The notes under the pieces were generated by a model that did not search any database, had not been told where the DNA came from, and worked only from the letters and a program-made list of their open reading frames with translations. A program made the translations under genes and the position numbers. 47,409 nucleotides of DNA from a virus: IMG/VR virus record IMGVR_UViG_3300029736_000011; one strand, 5' to 3'. Of this stretch, positions 43,754 to 47,409 are shown one piece after another (within the stretch, counting starts at the first letter, position 1; each line of letters opens with the position of its first letter).

Positions 43754-44537
43754 GAGAAAGCGAGGATGCGGAATGGACTGGGAATCCATTGAAAAGGAAA
43801 TCGGACAGGGCGCACTCGAATCAGCCCAGGCGGCTCAGCAGCGCATAGCCGACCGGAGGGCAGCTCGCCGTAAACGGCAGCGCCGGAGGCGGCTCGTGCA
43901 GCTGGCCACCGCCGGATCTGCAGTGGCCATCGCCATCGGCGTGGTCTTTATGAGTGCGGCCAGCGAAAGGAGCCGGACGCCCACGGCTCCTTTGCCTTCC
44001 CAAGAGGCCAGCACCTCGGATCAGACGCAGTACGCCTACATAGAGCCGACCGCAACGCCGGAGCCTACCCCGGAGGCCACCGACGCAACGAAGCTCCTGG
44101 TGAGCGTCCCTTTGGATGCGGAGACGCAGACCGCCATATTTGAGCTTTGCGGCAGCGACCCGGACACCTTCTGCGCCGTCATGGCTATCTCCAAGACGGA
44201 AAGCAACTTCGACACCGACGCCGTCGGCGACAACGGCGTCAGCATTGGGATGGCGCAGATCAACACCACCTGGCAAACGGGCCGCATGGAATCCCTCGGC
44301 GTTACCGACCTGACAGACCCGGTACAATGCGCAACCGTCTGCCTGGACTACCTCCGGGAGCTTTCGGAGGATTACGGTTTCGGATGGGTCGAAGACCACG
44401 GCCTGTACCTCGCCTACAACATGGGGCCTGGAGGGGCCAGGAACGCTATCAACAGCGGAGTATCATCCAGCAAATACAGCAGGGCCGTCCTTTCCGCATA
44501 CGGAGAGTACGCTGCAGAGATGGAGGTGTCGGAATGA
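43746..44537 (+). CDS. Membrane-anchored lytic transglycosylase (SLT domain) protein
   Basis: TM helix LATAGSAVAIAIGVVFM. MAISKTESNFD (catalytic Glu-Ser), SIGMAQIN and YLAYNMG are SLT-like. Confidence 0.7.
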   Translation: MRERKRGCGMDWESIEKEIGQGALESAQAAQQRIADRRAARRKRQRRRRLVQLATAGSAVAIAIGVVFMSAASERSRTPTAPLPSQEASTSDQTQYAYIEPTATPEPTPEATDATKLLVSVPLDAETQTAIFELCGSDPDTFCAVMAISKTESNFDTDAVGDNGVSIGMAQINTTWQTGRMESLGVTDLTDPVQCATVCLDYLRELSEDYGFGWVEDHGLYLAYNMGPGGARNAINSGVSSSKYSRAVLSAYGEYAAEMEVSE

Positions 44538-44908
44538 AGATCGCCCTGCAGGGAAACACCCTCCTTATCAAAGAAGCCGATAATGTCCAGTTCGCGGTCA
44601 TCAAGAGCTGGAACAAGATGCGCTGGGACAGGAAGACGCAGCTGCTCAGCGGAACGGCGGACATGGAACTGCTGGACAAGCTGGCCAGCATCGTCCAGCT
44701 GCCCCCGGCCATCGCCCAGATCAGGGCGCAGCTCCACCGTGTCCAGGAGGCCATAGACAGCGAGCGAGTGAATCCACACCCGAAGCCCCTCGCCGATTAC
44801 CCCGTGAAGATGTCCCTCTACGACCACCAGGTGCGGGGAGCCAATATGTGCCTGGTCGCCTTTGGATGGGCCAGCCCCGATGCAATCGAACGGAGGAATG
44901 AACCATGA
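44534..44908 (+). CDS. SNF2-helicase N-terminal fragment (ends just before motif I)
   Basis: The start MKIALQGNTLLIKEADNVQF...W...K resembles phage SNF2 N-termini. The sequence ends ...MSLYDHQVRGANMCLV, followed by 13 unrelated residues and a stop. Confidence 0.55.
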   Translation: MKIALQGNTLLIKEADNVQFAVIKSWNKMRWDRKTQLLSGTADMELLDKLASIVQLPPAIAQIRAQLHRVQEAIDSERVNPHPKPLADYPVKMSLYDHQVRGANMCLVAFGWASPDAIERRNEP

Positions 44909-45273
44909 GCGAAGCCATGACCATCAACGACATCATCAACCAGCTGGGAAGCCTTCGGGCAAGCAGTGCGGAGTTTGCCAAAAGCGACCCGGAGAACGAA
45001 ATCTGGCAGGCCGACGTCACCGCCTGCGAGACATCCATCCGCATCCTCGCCGCCCTGAGCGGGGAGGGCTGCACCGACCTGGAGACCACCCTGGATTTCC
45101 TGCAGGACTACAATTCCCTGGCGAAGCAGTACCAGACCATCCACCGGAAGTACGAGGCCCCAGGGAAGCCCACCCACAAAGACGGCGTCTGGCATTGCCC
45201 CGCCTGCAACAGCCGCGTCCAAATCAACCATACCCACTGCCACCGCTGCGGCAAGAAGATCGGGTGGCGTTGA
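44905..45273 (+). CDS. Hypothetical protein with a C-terminal zinc ribbon
   Basis: ATGA overlap with the previous ORF. 122 aa. Contains CPACNSRVQINHTHCHRCG. Confidence 0.6.
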   Translation: MSEAMTINDIINQLGSLRASSAEFAKSDPENEIWQADVTACETSIRILAALSGEGCTDLETTLDFLQDYNSLAKQYQTIHRKYEAPGKPTHKDGVWHCPACNSRVQINHTHCHRCGKKIGWR

Positions 45274-45331
45274 GTGGGTGGGTGCGCACTTATTCAGACC
45301 CTTAACAGCCTGACTGGCTGAAGGAGCATAG

Positions 45332-46312
45332 ATGAAAGGAATGAACGACATGAAAAAGCCCTTGAAAGTTTTTCTTTCCGGCCCCATCTCGTCAAGGCTG
45401 GAAACCTACAAGGCGGAGTTTGATGACGCCGCACGGATCGTCAGCGAGGCAGGCCACCTGCCGCTGAACCCGGCCACCCTGCCCAGCGGCATGGAGAACC
45501 GCGACTACATGAGGATCTGCCTCGCCATGCTGGACAGCGCAGACCTCCTCCTTCAGCTCCCCGGCTGGGGCAAGAGCGCCGGAGCAATCGCAGAGCGCAC
45601 CGTCGCTATGAAGACCGGCGTCGAGAGCCTGACCCTGGAGGATTTCATCCGGGAGTACGTCCATAGAGCTGGCGCAACACCCGTCCGCACAATCAGGGAT
45701 GGAGCCATCGATCTGGCAAACCTGAAAGCGGCGATCCGGAACGGGGATGGCCCGGAGATGATCCGGCCCCACGACGAACTGGACATCCTCCTGGACACTG
45801 AAAAAACCATCACCGTGACTTGCGGATTTGTCAACAGCGAAATGGCACGCTTTATTTTCAAAGACTGCTATGACGAATGCGAGATGAACGATGACAACAC
45901 CAATCAGACCGGATACTTCGGAAGCAAGGGCCGCAGGCACGTCCTGGAGGACATTTATCCCCATCTGCCCCAGGAATTGCGGAGCATCATCCGGCCACGC
46001 GAGATCGTGGAGACCATCGGCGGCGAGGTAAAGAAATACGAAGACCCGCTCTGGTTGCCATCTGCAACAGATCTCTTCGGAGCACCAGAGGATAAATGGT
46101 GGCCGGATGAGCCTGGCAGCTTCCAGCTCCCCATCTTCCTGAAGGAGCGAGACCGGGTAAAAGAGTGCCCCAACAGAGGCACATGGTATTGGTGGCTGCG
46201 CTCGGTCCGTGCGACCGACACGGCGGACTTCTGCGGTGTGAGCACGGACGGGGGCGCGGACTACGACGGCGCCTACTTTTCGTTTGGCTTCGCGCCGGGC
46301 TTTGACCTCTAA
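45332..46312 (+). CDS. DGR target 2: DUF4406-like (nucleoside 2-deoxyribosyltransferase-fold) N-terminal domain fused to a DUF6273/C-type-lectin-like variable domain
   Basis: N-terminus: KVFLSGPIS...YMRICLAMLDSADLLLQLPGWGKSAGAIAERTVA. C-terminus: WYWWLRSVRATDTADFCGVSTDGGADYDGAYFSFGFAPGF, which overlaps VR2. Confidence 0.8.
   Translation: MKGMNDMKKPLKVFLSGPISSRLETYKAEFDDAARIVSEAGHLPLNPATLPSGMENRDYMRICLAMLDSADLLLQLPGWGKSAGAIAERTVAMKTGVESLTLEDFIREYVHRAGATPVRTIRDGAIDLANLKAAIRNGDGPEMIRPHDELDILLDTEKTITVTCGFVNSEMARFIFKDCYDECEMNDDNTNQTGYFGSKGRRHVLEDIYPHLPQELRSIIRPREIVETIGGEVKKYEDPLWLPSATDLFGAPEDKWWPDEPGSFQLPIFLKERDRVKECPNRGTWYWWLRSVRATDTADFCGVSTDGGADYDGAYFSFGFAPGFDL
46187..46305 (+). repeat. DGR variable repeat VR2 (remote)
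   Basis: Aligned by hand to TR 32938-33056 (offset 13249). There are about 27 mismatches, all opposite TR adenines, for example AAT to CGT/GGT/TTT and AAC to GAC/TAC/GGC. Confidence 0.9.
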
Positions 46313-46329
46313 TCCAAAAATCACAAAAT

Positions 46330-46351
46330 CCCCGGCGCTTCTGCGCCGGGG
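46330..46351 (+). other. GC hairpin with a 4-nt loop downstream of VR2
   Basis: CCCCGGCGC-TTCT-GCGCCGGGG, a perfect 9-bp stem. It lies 24 nt after the end of VR2. Confidence 0.6.
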
Positions 46352-46365
46352 AAGCAAGATAGAAG

Positions 46366-47409
46366 GTGATCCACACGACACCCGTGAATAAAGGCTTCGG
46401 CTTCCTCTTTGAGATGGGCTGTGGCAAGACCCTGACGGCCATCGCCGTGGCCGGAGCCGGATACCAGCAGAAGCGGATCAGCAGGGTGCTGATCGTCGCC
46501 CCCACCTCGGTGGTCGCCGTCTGGCCCAAAGAGTTCCAGGATTACGCAGCCTTCCCCTACACCATCCGCACCCTGCTGGGAACGAAGCAGCAGCGTCTCA
46601 AGGCCCTGGCAGACCTTGAGCGGTTCCCATACCCACACCTGAAGGTGGCGGTGATCAACTACGAGAGCACCTGGAGAGAGGAAATATTCGACGCCCTCCT
46701 GGACTTCGACGCAGACCTGGTCATCGCCGATGAGAGCCAGCGCATCAAATCCCACGACGCAGCCCAGAGCAAGGCCATGCACCAGCTGGGGGACAAAGCC
46801 CGGTACAAGCTCATCCTCTCCGGCACCCCGGTACAGAACGAAGCCGTAGACCTCTGGAGCCAATACCGGTTTTTAGACCCTACCATCTTCGGGACGAACT
46901 TCTACGCCTTCCGCAGCCGCTACTGCGAGATGGGCGGCTTCAACCGCAAACAGATCGTCCGGTACCGTGACCTGGACACTCTCATCCGAAAGGAACACAG
47001 CATCGCCTACCGCGTGACCAAAGAGGAAGCCCTCGACCTGCCGGAGCAGACCTTCGAGAGCCGCTACATCACACTGAGCCGCTCGGAGCGTAACCTTTAC
47101 GACCGGCTCCGGCGGGACAGCTATGCGGAGCTGGCAGACGGCGGCACCATCACCGCCACCACAGTTCTGACGAAGCTCCTGCGCCTGCAGCAGTTCACCG
47201 GCGGCTTCCTGGCGGAGGATGACGCCATCCAGCCGAAGCTGGTCAGTCGGGGGAAGCTTGACGCCCTGGAGGACATCCTCCAAGACTACGTGGTCGAGGG
47301 CAAAAAGAAGCTGGTAATATTCGCCCGGTTCATCCCAGAGATTCACGAGATCGAGGCTCTGTGCGAAAAGACGCTCCGCTCCGCCGGAATGAAAGCCGTG
47401 GCCATCTAC
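46366..47409 (+). CDS. SNF2/DEAD-like helicase, ATPase core; 3' end runs off the window and continues at base 100
   Basis: The frame is open from TAG 46360-46362 to the window end. Contains FEMGCGKT (motif I), VIADESQRIK (motif II) and LSGTPVQN (motif III). There is no ATG upstream of motif I; candidate starts are GTG 46366 and GTG 46384. Confidence 0.85.
   Translation, partial: MIHTTPVNKGFGFLFEMGCGKTLTAIAVAGAGYQQKRISRVLIVAPTSVVAVWPKEFQDYAAFPYTIRTLLGTKQQRLKALADLERFPYPHLKVAVINYESTWREEIFDALLDFDADLVIADESQRIKSHDAAQSKAMHQLGDKARYKLILSGTPVQNEAVDLWSQYRFLDPTIFGTNFYAFRSRYCEMGGFNRKQIVRYRDLDTLIRKEHSIAYRVTKEEALDLPEQTFESRYITLSRSERNLYDRLRRDSYAELADGGTITATTVLTKLLRLQQFTGGFLAEDDAIQPKLVSRGKLDALEDILQDYVVEGKKKLVIFARFIPEIHEIEALCEKTLRSAGMKAVAIY
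47311..47409. repeat. Terminal overlap, second copy (identical to 1-99)
   Basis: Read directly. Confidence 0.95.

Noticed and set aside
45392-46381. 329-aa minus-strand ORF antisense to DGR target 2
   Set aside because: This is an antisense artefact. The + strand ORF has an RBS, recognisable domains and the VR.

Overview
The window is a complete, circularly closed genome of about 47.3 kb from a temperate, contractile-tailed phage. Bases 1-99 are identical to 47311-47409, so the unique length is 47,310 bp. The sequence is GC-rich, genes are densely packed, and most have strong GGAGG-type RBSs. The LL-H-type holin, amidase plus SH3-like endolysin and large serine integrase suggest a Firmicutes/Clostridia-like host; that is inference only.

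Layout on the + strand:
- Replication/early module (about 43.3 kb, across the junction, to 8.9 kb): SNF2 helicase, CHC2-Toprim-DUF927 primase/helicase, an iteron-type origin, HD hydrolase, VRR-NUC nuclease and a sigma-region-4/ArpU-like late regulator.
- A 530-nt non-coding region.
- ParB-methyltransferase.
- Lambda-like packaging and head genes: Nu1-like TerS, GpA-like TerL, gpW, portal, prohead protease, capsid and a DUF2190 decoration protein.
- P2/PBSX-like contractile tail and baseplate: sheath, tube, a chaperone with a -1 frameshift, tape measure, and X, D, V, U, W, J and I homologues plus fibres.
- A diversity-generating retroelement (DGR).
- The lysis cassette.

Layout on the - strand: a six-gene accessory operon of unknown function, a large serine recombinase translationally coupled to a Zn-motif protein, and a CI-like XRE repressor with divergent sigma70 promoters.

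Main finding: the DGR is complete, with a tail-fibre target carrying VR1, an Avd-like ORF, the TR, and an RT with LGxxxSQ and YMDD motifs.
- A second, remote VR lies 13 kb away in the early region. It is fused to a DUF4406-like (nucleoside deoxyribosyltransferase-fold) N-terminal domain.
- This second target sits in a cassette of about 1.5 kb that appears to split the SNF2 helicase gene between its HQ region and motif I.
- Both VRs differ from the TR only at TR adenines. Both are followed by the same 13-mer and by a GC hairpin with a 4-nt loop.

Other points worth a second look:
- a G10 tract at the 5' end of terS;
- diverged inverted sequence blocks, each with a TTTTTCCAnTGGAAAAA palindrome, bracketing the late region;
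- the uncharacterised accessory operon.

No tRNA, rRNA or CRISPR array was recognised.
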